Positions 10,087-18,782 of a stretch of 64,000 nt of DNA are shown one piece after another. Both the position numbers and the translations under genes were made by a program. Each line of letters begins with the position of its first letter. Positions within the stretch are counted from its first letter, which is position 1. The stretch spans positions 3,710,277 through 3,774,276 of the forward strand of contig CP070695.1 in the NCBI GenBank assembly GCA_020353515.1, written 5' to 3'. This stretch comes from Candidatus Heimdallarchaeota archaeon. GTDB lineage: Archaea > Asgardarchaeota > Heimdallarchaeia > Hodarchaeales > Hodarchaeaceae. Under the pieces are notes generated by a model. That model saw nothing but the letters and a program-made list of their open reading frames with translations. It did no database searches and had not been told where the DNA came from.

Positions 10087-11667
10087 ATGGCTGTTGTGAA
10101 GACACACATCATTCACCAACAATATCGTGATTCAGTTCAATTAATGCGTGCTTCTTCAGTTGCTAGTAAATTGGAAGGAATTAGAATAGCTTCGGTATTA
10201 ATGGGAACTCCAAAGAATAAACCTTTGCTAGAAGAGGTTGGTCTCCTTACTTCTGAAGCAATGGATGCTGGTGCAAATGACATTATTATATCAATCAAAG
10301 CATCCACGGAAGTATTTGCAAATGAAGCTATTAAATTCATTATTGAGTACATGAATCAACAAGAGATAGATAAGGAAGACACTCTCAAAACTTACCGTTC
10401 AATAAGAGGTGCAATCACAGGAATCCCTGAAGCCAATTTAACTGTTATTTCTGTACCAGGTGAATATGCAGCCCGTGAAACTCGTCTTGCATTAGAACAA
10501 AATCTCAATGTTATGCTATTCTCGGACAATGTATCGTTAGAAGATGAGATCGCGTTAAAGAAGTATGCTCATGAAAAAGGACTCATTGTAATGGGGCCTG
10601 ATTGTGGAACAGCAATGATCAAGAACATTGGGTTAGGATTTGCAAATGTAGTTTCCCCAGGGCCAATTGGGATTGTTGCAGCATCAGGGACAGGTACACA
10701 AGAAGTAATGGTTCTATGTCATCGTATAGGTGTTGGGGTTACCCATGCAATTGGAACAGGTTCACGGGATGTGAAGGAAGCCATTGGAGGCATCTCAATG
10801 ATCGATGGGCTAAACGCCCTTGATCGAGATGAAAATGTTGAATTAATTCTTATTATTTCTAAACCACCAGACGAGAAAATCCTCCGTCGCGTGTTAGATG
10901 AAGTTAAAAGATGTCAGAAACCTATAATTATTAATTTCCTCGGAAAAAAAGCAGGTTATTGTGATCTTACTAGAAAAATTCTAACAGTTGACACTTTAGA
11001 AGAAGTTGCTTATTCTGCTAGTCATTTTATACAATCAAATGAATTAAAACGAGTTTCTGTAACCTTTGAAGATAAAGAACATGTAAAAAAGATTCTATAT
11101 GAAACACGTTCTATCTTGGTTCCTGAACAGAAATATATTCGGGGTTTATTTGCTGGAGGTACTTTTACATTTGAAGCTGCCATGATAATTTCAAATATTT
11201 TACCATCAACAGACAATTTATGGACGAATGTGAAGCTAGAGAGCACTAATCTTATTGATAACCCGTTTAGAAGTAAAGAACACACACTGATTGATATGGG
11301 ATCTGATGAATTCACTGTTGGAAAACCTCATCCTATGATTGATCAGACAGAACGTACAAGGAGATTTCTAGAAGAAATAAATGATCCTCAGACAGCAGTC
11401 ATTTTAATGGATTTCATATTGGGTTGGGGTTCGCATGAGGATCCAGTGATTGATATGCGAAAAGCATTTTCCCAATGGAATTCTTTAAATCGAAAGATCC
11501 CGATAGTTTCCCATATCTGTGGAACTGAACTCGACCCTCAAGATTTAAATAAGTCAATATCAGAATTAACTGCCAACGGGGTATATATTATGCCTACTAA
11601 TGCTCAAGCAGCTAGATTGGCAGCATTAATTGCAATCCGGAACGAAGGAACAAAAGGGGTTTATTGA
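10087..11667 (+). CDS. fdrA: FdrA/AllF-family acyl-CoA synthetase (SucD-like)
   Basis: YRDSVQLM, ISVPGEYAA, MLFSDNV, MGPDCGT, ASGTGTQE, GLFAGGT, DEFTVGKPHPMID. Confidence 0.9.
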   Translation: MAVVKTHIIHQQYRDSVQLMRASSVASKLEGIRIASVLMGTPKNKPLLEEVGLLTSEAMDAGANDIIISIKASTEVFANEAIKFIIEYMNQQEIDKEDTLKTYRSIRGAITGIPEANLTVISVPGEYAARETRLALEQNLNVMLFSDNVSLEDEIALKKYAHEKGLIVMGPDCGTAMIKNIGLGFANVVSPGPIGIVAASGTGTQEVMVLCHRIGVGVTHAIGTGSRDVKEAIGGISMIDGLNALDRDENVELILIISKPPDEKILRRVLDEVKRCQKPIIINFLGKKAGYCDLTRKILTVDTLEEVAYSASHFIQSNELKRVSVTFEDKEHVKKILYETRSILVPEQKYIRGLFAGGTFTFEAAMIISNILPSTDNLWTNVKLESTNLIDNPFRSKEHTLIDMGSDEFTVGKPHPMIDQTERTRRFLEEINDPQTAVILMDFILGWGSHEDPVIDMRKAFSQWNSLNRKIPIVSHICGTELDPQDLNKSISELTANGVYIMPTNAQAARLAALIAIRNEGTKGVY

Positions 11668-11837
11668 TGAATAAGATTGATGAATTATTATCTACTGGAC
11701 CAATAGTTCTGAACATTGGTTTGAAATCGTTTTTCGAATCATGTGAGTCTCAAGGGATTCCTACTGTTCATATTCGTTGGGAACCTCCTGCCCATGGCGA
11801 TCCTGAACTTCTAAAAATTTTAGATAAATTACTCTAA
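11667..11837 (+). CDS. Stand-alone FdrA C-terminal-domain peptide (56 aa; not in ORF track)
   Basis: MNKIDELLSTGPIVLNIGLKSFFESCESQGIPTVHIRWEPPAHGDPELLKILDKLL; ATG overlaps fdrA TGA (TGATG); matches the V.N.GL..F......QG....H..W.PPA.G motif. Confidence 0.85.
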   Translation: MNKIDELLSTGPIVLNIGLKSFFESCESQGIPTVHIRWEPPAHGDPELLKILDKLL

Positions 11838-11871
11838 GCAGACACCTTATTGATAAAAGGAAAAGATTGCA

Positions 11872-13125
11872 ATGGATATCAAAGAGAAGATTGAAACTGC
11901 AAATAAGCTAGCATTAAACAAAATGGCTTCTATTCAACCAATTTTGGTGGATATAAAGTTAGAGGCAATGAGTATAATCCCAAGAATGGATAACCAAACT
12001 ATTCTTCACGCAGGGCCTCCAATTGAATGGGGACGTATGTGTGGTCCAATGCAGGGAGCTATAGCAGGTATTCTTGTGTATGAAGAATTAGCTAATGATA
12101 CTGAGGAAGCTTACAAGTTAGCTGCTTCAGGGGATATAAAGTTTAATTGTAACCATGATCATGATGCAGTAGGACCCATGACTGGAGTGACATCTCCCCA
12201 TCAACCAGTTTTTGTACTTGAGGATAAAGAAAGCAAAAAGCAAGCATATTGTACGCTTAATGAAGGAAGGGGAAAGGTATTACGCTTCGGTGGGTGGGAT
12301 TCAGAGGTACTGGAAAGATTGAACTGGATGAAGGAAGTTTTAGCACCTACATTGAAAAAAGCAATTCATCATGCCAATGGAATCGATATCAAAGCCATAA
12401 TTTCTGAATCATTACATATGGGAGATGAAGCTCATAATAGAAATAGATCAGGAACATATCTTTTCATTAGTGAGATTGTCCCCCATCTAATAGATACTAC
12501 AGACAACGCTACAGCGAAAGAAGTATTTTTGTTCTTAAAAGAAAATGCAGATATCTTTAATTTGAACCTTTCAATGCCACACTCAAAATTGATTGCAGAT
12601 GCTGCAAGAGACATTGAATATTGTCCATTAGTTGTTGCTATGGCTCGTAATGGAACCGATATTGGAATTCAAGTTTCTGCTTTAGGTAGAAGGTGGTTCA
12701 CAGCACCAGCTTCAAAAGTAGAGGGATTATACTTCCCAGGGTATTCTGAAAAGGATGCCTGCCCCGATTTAGGTGATTCAACAATATCTGAAGTGATTGG
12801 AATCGGTGGATTCGCAATGGCTGCTTCCCCAGCTATCGTATCATTTGTAGGTGGCTCCGCTGTAGAAGCAGTTCAACGAACTGAACGAATGTATGAAATA
12901 ACTGCTGGAAGAAGTAATATGTTTACAATACCTAGTTTGAATTTTCGTGGGTCACCTACTGGTATTGATGTTCGAAAAGTAGTTGAACTTAATGAAACAC
13001 CATTAATCAATACAGGAATTGCTCACAAAGAAGCAGGAATTGGCCAAATTGGCGCTGGACTTACATCTGCACCTCTGGAGATGTTTCATGAAGCTTTAAG
13101 ATCTTTTGGCAAAAAATACCTATAA
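11872..13125 (+). CDS. ylbE: YlbE/AllG family (DUF1116) protein
   Basis: ILHAGPPI, MCGPMQGA, AVGPMTG, MGDEAHNRN, MARNGTDIG, DLGDSTISE, INTGIAHKEAGIGQIGAG. Confidence 0.9.
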   Translation: MDIKEKIETANKLALNKMASIQPILVDIKLEAMSIIPRMDNQTILHAGPPIEWGRMCGPMQGAIAGILVYEELANDTEEAYKLAASGDIKFNCNHDHDAVGPMTGVTSPHQPVFVLEDKESKKQAYCTLNEGRGKVLRFGGWDSEVLERLNWMKEVLAPTLKKAIHHANGIDIKAIISESLHMGDEAHNRNRSGTYLFISEIVPHLIDTTDNATAKEVFLFLKENADIFNLNLSMPHSKLIADAARDIEYCPLVVAMARNGTDIGIQVSALGRRWFTAPASKVEGLYFPGYSEKDACPDLGDSTISEVIGIGGFAMAASPAIVSFVGGSAVEAVQRTERMYEITAGRSNMFTIPSLNFRGSPTGIDVRKVVELNETPLINTGIAHKEAGIGQIGAGLTSAPLEMFHEALRSFGKKYL

Positions 13126-13157
13126 TTACTGTAATTACTTAAAATCCAGGAGTTAAT

Positions 13158-13691
13158 TTGATGGATTCTCACATATTGGATCATTCTCATAAACCAGATC
13201 AATTAAGACAAGAATTAGTAACACTACTTACTAATTATAATCTTAAAACTGACCATATATCAGTTGCTGCAACCCCATTAGCCACGATTGCAACTTCTGC
13301 TACTATTCTTACTTTTCTATCAATTCAATTATTCATGAATAGTTTAAATTCAATGTCTCGGTTACTCGCTGGGATAAACGTTATCATTCTTCTTATAATG
13401 GTTTTTATTTCACTTCTCTTACAAATGATGATTTATAGGGCAAAATTACGTCTTGCTTGGGTGAATCATGATATAAAAGCACAGGGAATTCTTGAGTGCA
13501 AAGAATTCACTCCTGAACAACATACATATCTTGTTAAAATGAGCCACATAGCTCAAAAAGGATCAAAGATGATCGACCGTATTCAATGGCTTTATTTTCA
13601 TGGTCTTTGGCGTATCCTTTATGCATTCTTAATTATCTGTGTATCCATTCTTATTCTACTAATTCTTACTGAAATTCCACTTAGAATTTAA
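13158..13691 (+). CDS. Hypothetical membrane protein (3 TM)
   Basis: Hydrophobic segments; 177-aa ORF following ylbE. Confidence 0.6.
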   Translation: MMDSHILDHSHKPDQLRQELVTLLTNYNLKTDHISVAATPLATIATSATILTFLSIQLFMNSLNSMSRLLAGINVIILLIMVFISLLLQMMIYRAKLRLAWVNHDIKAQGILECKEFTPEQHTYLVKMSHIAQKGSKMIDRIQWLYFHGLWRILYAFLIICVSILILLILTEIPLRI

Positions 13692-13779
13692 TCTCATTTT
13701 GAAACAATCGAAATCAATTAATAGTCTATTTTACACTGACTATTATTATTCTGCAAAATCAGACATTGGAGATGCTGAG

Positions 13780-13962
13780 ATGCTATTAGGAAGTAAAGAG
13801 CACTTACTTGAAATCCAAAAACGAGTAAATGAAAATGAGGAATACTTGGAAATGACAAAGGGAGAAGGAAAAAAGGCTTGGAGAACAATAATTCAAAATC
13901 TCATTGTAAGTCCTCCTCCAATAATAGTATCGAAAAAAATTAAAAAAAATTATCAGAGCTAA
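13780..13962 (+). pseudogene. Probable truncated SCP2 (sterol-carrier)-like N-terminal remnant
   Basis: GGAG SD then MLLGSKEHLLEIQKRVNENEEYLEMTKGE resembles the SCP2-like N-terminus, then degrades into unrelated-looking sequence. Confidence 0.35.
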
Positions 13963-14091
13963 ACGTCCAAAAGCTCACTATAAAGTAGGTAACCGCTTAC
14001 AGACCTATGGAACAATTTTAATGAAAAGAATGCTCTCTGAGAATTTGACTCTAAGAATAACTGAAATGTTTTACGGATTATAAATCATTTA

Positions 14092-14535
14092 ATGAAGGGA
14101 TTAATTGTGAAAAAGGATTATACAAAATATGATATTTATATTGCTTATCTTGAAATAATTGGAGCCTTAGTAATGATCGGATTTTGGATCGGATGGTTTC
14201 TCGATATTTTGAAGTCTTCTCTTCCTGATCCATTATTCGACACCTACTTAGCTTTCGAATCAGCCTTCCCTGTTGCTGATGCTTGGATTGTTATTTTATT
14301 GTTGATTTCTGCGTATGGTATTTTAACAGAAAAATCATATGGATCATTTTTCGCATCCGCAGCGGGCGGGACGCTTGTCTTTCTAGGATTAATTGATATT
14401 TCTTTTAATTTACAACAAGGAATTTACGACCATGATCTATTGGCTATTCCTATTAACCTGGCTGCAACAATAGGTGGAGGAGCTTTATTAACGTGGTTTG
14501 CACGGTACCACTTTCAACCTAATAATGATGTGTGA
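14092..14535 (+). CDS. Conserved 4-TM membrane protein
   Basis: Four TM segments with YLAFESAFPVADAW and LVFLGLIDISFNLQQG motifs; 3 bp upstream of the GTPase-like gene. Confidence 0.75.
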   Translation: MKGLIVKKDYTKYDIYIAYLEIIGALVMIGFWIGWFLDILKSSLPDPLFDTYLAFESAFPVADAWIVILLLISAYGILTEKSYGSFFASAAGGTLVFLGLIDISFNLQQGIYDHDLLAIPINLAATIGGGALLTWFARYHFQPNNDV

Positions 14536-14538
14536 AAA

Positions 14539-15081
14539 ATGTCGTTCCCTATGAAAATTATTATGATAGGTGAGGTCAGGAAAGCGGAAATCCTGAAATT
14601 CTATGGAGAGGTCTATAAGAGTGATTTTACGTTAATAGAGGGGGATTTCGCCTTTAAAATTATGAATATAGGCGGTAACACCTTTCAATTCCAAGTCTGG
14701 CAATTATCCCTTGACCCCTCGTTTAGAATTGAAAGAAGAAGATACTATTACGGAGCACTTGGTGCGATTATGGTGCTTGATGTTCTTAATTTGGAAAGCT
14801 TTCATAATTTGCCCTCATGGATAAATGAAATTTGGCATTATAATGGCTTAGAAAAATCAATTCCAATAGTTATTGTGGGTATTAATATCCATGAAAGGGT
14901 GAACACTAGTAAATATATTACTGATGAAGAAATTCATAATTTTTCAAACGAAATGAATCGGAAACATCAAGCAAATATCAACTATATCGCTGTCGATGAA
15001 CGTACAGGTGAAAATGTTGCTCAAATTTGGGATACACTTGGAAGATGGTACATTAGATATTTACAGCAGTTGGAATCATAG
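14539..15081 (+). CDS. Rab/Ras-like small GTPase homolog with degenerate G motifs (pseudo-GTPase)
   Basis: Retains KIIMIG, GDFAFK, FQFQVW, YYYGALGAIMVLD, ESFHNLPSWINE, IPIVIVG, TGENV; G1/G3/G4/G5 all substituted. Confidence 0.8.
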   Translation: MSFPMKIIMIGEVRKAEILKFYGEVYKSDFTLIEGDFAFKIMNIGGNTFQFQVWQLSLDPSFRIERRRYYYGALGAIMVLDVLNLESFHNLPSWINEIWHYNGLEKSIPIVIVGINIHERVNTSKYITDEEIHNFSNEMNRKHQANINYIAVDERTGENVAQIWDTLGRWYIRYLQQLES

Positions 15082-15093
15082 AGTCTATTTTGT

Positions 15094-16218
15094 TTGAAAT
15101 ATCAAGAGTGGCCAGTTATGATCCAGCAAATACCACAGAATCAATTAATGAACTTTTGGCATTATTTTAAGAACCATAAAATGAAGAACCCATTAGCACA
15201 GAATTTAGCTTGGTCGAAAGTGAAAGGATTTTCAGATAATTTAGATAATCCAGATATAGTGATGTTTCTGTTTAATCATTGGGCCTGTTATTTGGCTGGA
15301 AACAACGAATCAGAGAAGCTCAAAGAATTTTTAGCGAAAATTCCAGAGAAAGCAATTATCTATGTTCCCTCCCTAGAGTGGGAACCAAGACTCAAACCTT
15401 ATTGGACTTATTTTGGATATTTATCTCGCACAGAGCTCTCCGCACAGAACTTATCATTAGAGAAGATTCGACGACTATCAACTGCATTACCTGAAGGATT
15501 TCAGATTAAAAGGGTTGACTTAGAAGTAGCAAAACGAATTTTAAGTCAAAATTTAGCTGATCATTGGGTTAACGTAATTAACTATCTTGGAGGGCCCGAG
15601 AAATTTATTGAGGAAGGAGTAGGATTCTGTATTCAGGAAGGTGAGAAAGTTGTTTCTATAGTGATGGGATATAAGGCGTCTATGCCTATTACTCAAAGTA
15701 TTGAATTGGATATTGTAACTCACCCAGATTATCGTGGAAGAGGTTTCGCGACATTAGTAAGTGCTAAACTGATTGAGTATTTATTAAAAGAGGGAATTGA
15801 ACCACATTGGGATGCTGCAAACCCCCTATCTTCAAAATTAGCCACTAAGTTGGGATTTACAGATCCTGAACCATATAAATGTTATTATTGGCGGAATAAA
15901 CCATGGACCATTTCAGAACTTAAAGAAGCTTATGATTCACAATTTAAGAAAGGCTTGGAAAATTTTGAACTTCTCAAATCAGAGATGGGCTCATTTTCTG
16001 CGAAAGGACAGGAAAATGTAGTTAAATATTCCCTCTTGTCCCGCTTGAACAAAATTTATGAATCCATAAATGGAATTCTCTTGAATATCAATCGTTTTCT
16101 TGAATCTAGAATTGTAGCTGACTCTGATATACCTCAATTCAAAGAATATGCTAAGAAGATTAACCTACAACTCAACACTATAGATAAACTTAAACATGAA
16201 ATTCTAAGTCTAGATTGA
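15094..16218 (+). CDS. GNAT family acetyltransferase with C-terminal helical extension
   Basis: IELDIVTHPDYRGRGFAT, PHWDAANPLSSKLATKLGF; real start may be ATG 15118. Confidence 0.85.
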   Translation: MKYQEWPVMIQQIPQNQLMNFWHYFKNHKMKNPLAQNLAWSKVKGFSDNLDNPDIVMFLFNHWACYLAGNNESEKLKEFLAKIPEKAIIYVPSLEWEPRLKPYWTYFGYLSRTELSAQNLSLEKIRRLSTALPEGFQIKRVDLEVAKRILSQNLADHWVNVINYLGGPEKFIEEGVGFCIQEGEKVVSIVMGYKASMPITQSIELDIVTHPDYRGRGFATLVSAKLIEYLLKEGIEPHWDAANPLSSKLATKLGFTDPEPYKCYYWRNKPWTISELKEAYDSQFKKGLENFELLKSEMGSFSAKGQENVVKYSLLSRLNKIYESINGILLNINRFLESRIVADSDIPQFKEYAKKINLQLNTIDKLKHEILSLD

Positions 16219-16226
16219 AACCTATC

Positions 16227-17270
16227 TCACTTTCGAAATGTATTTTGTATTTCTTTACCATTTTCTATGATTAACTGGCAAAATTGTACGACAGAGTAAC
16301 AATCATCAATACAGGCCATCTCAATCGGAGTGTGATTATTTTTAGTAGCCGTAAGAACGGGGATAGTTGGTATACCAGCGCCAATCACTCGTACAGGCCC
16401 TGCATCGGTACCTCCGATATTCCAAACCTCTGTTTGAATAGGAACTTTGTTATTTCTAGCTAATTCCAACAGGTAATCACGAACATGGGTGGATAATAGG
16501 GAAGATCTATCTGATAAAGTAATCACTGGTCCTTGACCCATGGCGACTGGGTGTTCGTCATAAGTTATATCCAAAATAAGAGCCATATCTGGTTGAATTT
16601 TCTGAGCTGCCGTTTTCGCTCCACGAGCACCAGCTTCTTCTTCAACTGTTGTTACTAAAAAGACATCATCTAACGGAGGATTCTCCTTCAGATGTTTTGC
16701 TAGGAGAATCAACTCAAAAACTCCTATTCTATTGTCTAATCGGGGAGAACATAATATTCTCTGTGAGGGATCGCCAACAAGAAAAGGATCAATGGAAAAA
16801 TGAACTGGATCTCCGGCTTGAATCCCTAATTTTGTTACCTCTTTTGAGGAACCAGTCCCAACATCTATTTTAAAAGTTAATTTATTTTTATCTTCCTGTT
16901 TAGCATGCATTAAGCCTTTGATATATCTATTTTTGCTTGAGATAACCACGGGCTGGAGGTGACATGCTTGAACGTCTTGATATCCAAAATTGAGACATTT
17001 TATTTGTCCATTTGCGATGCTATGTACTATAAATCCACAAGTATCCATATGGGCTCCAATAAACCATTTAAGCTTCTGGTCACCCTTACCTTGAATTTTA
17101 CAAATCACGGAACCTAGATTATCTCGAGAAATTTCACCATATTTCGCGAGTTCTTTCGTTAGAAATGTTCGAATAGGTGTTTCAAAACCTGATTGTCCTG
17201 GAATTGTAAGACAATTTATCAAAGTCTCATCAATCTGATTATTCAACACAAACACCAATAATTTAACCAT
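16227..17270 (-). CDS. M42 family metallopeptidase (TET-like aminopeptidase)
   Basis: GAHMD, LDNR, TVEEE, LDIT, GGTDAG, HTPIE metal ligands. Confidence 0.9.
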   Translation of the reverse strand: MVKLLVFVLNNQIDETLINCLTIPGQSGFETPIRTFLTKELAKYGEISRDNLGSVICKIQGKGDQKLKWFIGAHMDTCGFIVHSIANGQIKCLNFGYQDVQACHLQPVVISSKNRYIKGLMHAKQEDKNKLTFKIDVGTGSSKEVTKLGIQAGDPVHFSIDPFLVGDPSQRILCSPRLDNRIGVFELILLAKHLKENPPLDDVFLVTTVEEEAGARGAKTAAQKIQPDMALILDITYDEHPVAMGQGPVITLSDRSSLLSTHVRDYLLELARNNKVPIQTEVWNIGGTDAGPVRVIGAGIPTIPVLTATKNNHTPIEMACIDDCYSVVQFCQLIIENGKEIQNTFRK

Positions 17271-17445
17271 AAATTAATTTTTGATAGACTTCTTCATGTG
17301 GAATAGGAACTTTTTGGAATAGGCTTAGAAATGATATTATGACAAAGATACCTGTAATAATTAATATCTTAAAATTCAGTTTTCATGACTTCCTACCTTA
17401 GAAATAAAGATAGCTTCTTAACTTTGAATTGTGATTACTCAGTAG

Positions 17446-18765
17446 GTGATAAACGTGGTTCAGTTTACAAGTATTCAACTTGCAAAAAAGCTGTGTTTTT
17501 GTGCTTTAATTGGTGTGCTTCTCTTATTTAGCACAATTAATATTATCAAATCTTATCCTGGAAGGATTCCTTATTCAGTTCAACAAGAAGGGCCTGAAGA
17601 GGGTGTAGCAAACACAAATGTGAATGTGACACTTAATAGTGACGAAACCACATATCAACGTAACACATTTCTACCAAAAGCGGAAGATATTGGTATCGAA
17701 ATTCTTCACTATTCTGCTATAGCAAAATTAACAACTCATGGGGATCTTTACTTTGAGATTATTGCTGAATTCTCAACTGATAATGATACATCGTGGCAGA
17801 GTAATTATACGGACTTTAAAAATTCTCCAGAAGTAAGGCATTTCCGAGATTTATATGCTCTCCAGGATATTGTTCCAGTAAATATCTCACTCCTTGAAAA
17901 TACTACCAGTTCATTTTCAACTTGGGAAGAGCCTGAGCATCCAGAGTTTGGTCGTCTTTTTGGGATCGAGCAAAGAGTTGTTCTTCGGCAGACAACAGTT
18001 TTTCTTTTGTCACTCCCAGAACCTTTCCAATTTGATCGTAATAAACTTGAATTGTCTCAGCTGTCAGATTTCCATTTTGAATCGGTATATCATTATGATA
18101 AAGAACGTGATGAGCGTGAAATATTCGAATTAGTCCGAATAAAGGCTCCTGGTTCTGTTCTAGAATACCTACCTGCCGTTAAAGGATATTCTGGTATTAT
18201 TTACATGACAGGTTGGGAACCAGAAGCGGTACCGAGATTTCAACGTCAATTTGCTGATGCTCGCCAGCATATTACTTTAAAAATCAAGCTCCCTATTCAA
18301 CAGGATGTTGATTTCTCATTTGACTCACAGTACACAAAAAATCCTCTAACAACAAAGAATGGGAATATCGTGACTTTTGAATTTCCTCCTGATGGAAAAA
18401 TTCCTTATTATGTTAAGATCGACTCTCAAATTCCCTTCCTCGAACAGTTCACTATTACTGACTATGTGGGAATGGCTTTTGGTGCGTTGGCTGCATTAGT
18501 AACATCTGTAAAAGGAATCCCTTATTTTTGGAACCGAAGATCCTATAATAAGTATATCAAAGGACTACGTTCTGCAGTCGACAAAGGTAATATGTCAGAG
18601 TTCAAATTACTCCAAGAGAAAGCAGTGGACAAATATGTTGGTGGTAAATTTTCTACAAACCAATTCGAAGAAGTCCGAAAAGAAATTCAAATGCTAAAAC
18701 GATTAAAAGAAACAACCCCCAAAGAAGAAACTAAATCTCCCTTGGAAGAGCTTCTAGGAACGTGA
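17446..18765 (+). CDS. Type I membrane protein: signal peptide, beta-rich ectodomain, single TM, helical cytoplasmic tail
   Basis: Hydrophobic N-terminus; TM YVGMAFGALAALVTSVKGIPYFW; charged helical C-terminus. Confidence 0.7.
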   Translation: MINVVQFTSIQLAKKLCFCALIGVLLLFSTINIIKSYPGRIPYSVQQEGPEEGVANTNVNVTLNSDETTYQRNTFLPKAEDIGIEILHYSAIAKLTTHGDLYFEIIAEFSTDNDTSWQSNYTDFKNSPEVRHFRDLYALQDIVPVNISLLENTTSSFSTWEEPEHPEFGRLFGIEQRVVLRQTTVFLLSLPEPFQFDRNKLELSQLSDFHFESVYHYDKERDEREIFELVRIKAPGSVLEYLPAVKGYSGIIYMTGWEPEAVPRFQRQFADARQHITLKIKLPIQQDVDFSFDSQYTKNPLTTKNGNIVTFEFPPDGKIPYYVKIDSQIPFLEQFTITDYVGMAFGALAALVTSVKGIPYFWNRRSYNKYIKGLRSAVDKGNMSEFKLLQEKAVDKYVGGKFSTNQFEEVRKEIQMLKRLKETTPKEETKSPLEELLGT

Positions 18766-18782
18766 CCCTATACTCTTTTTTT

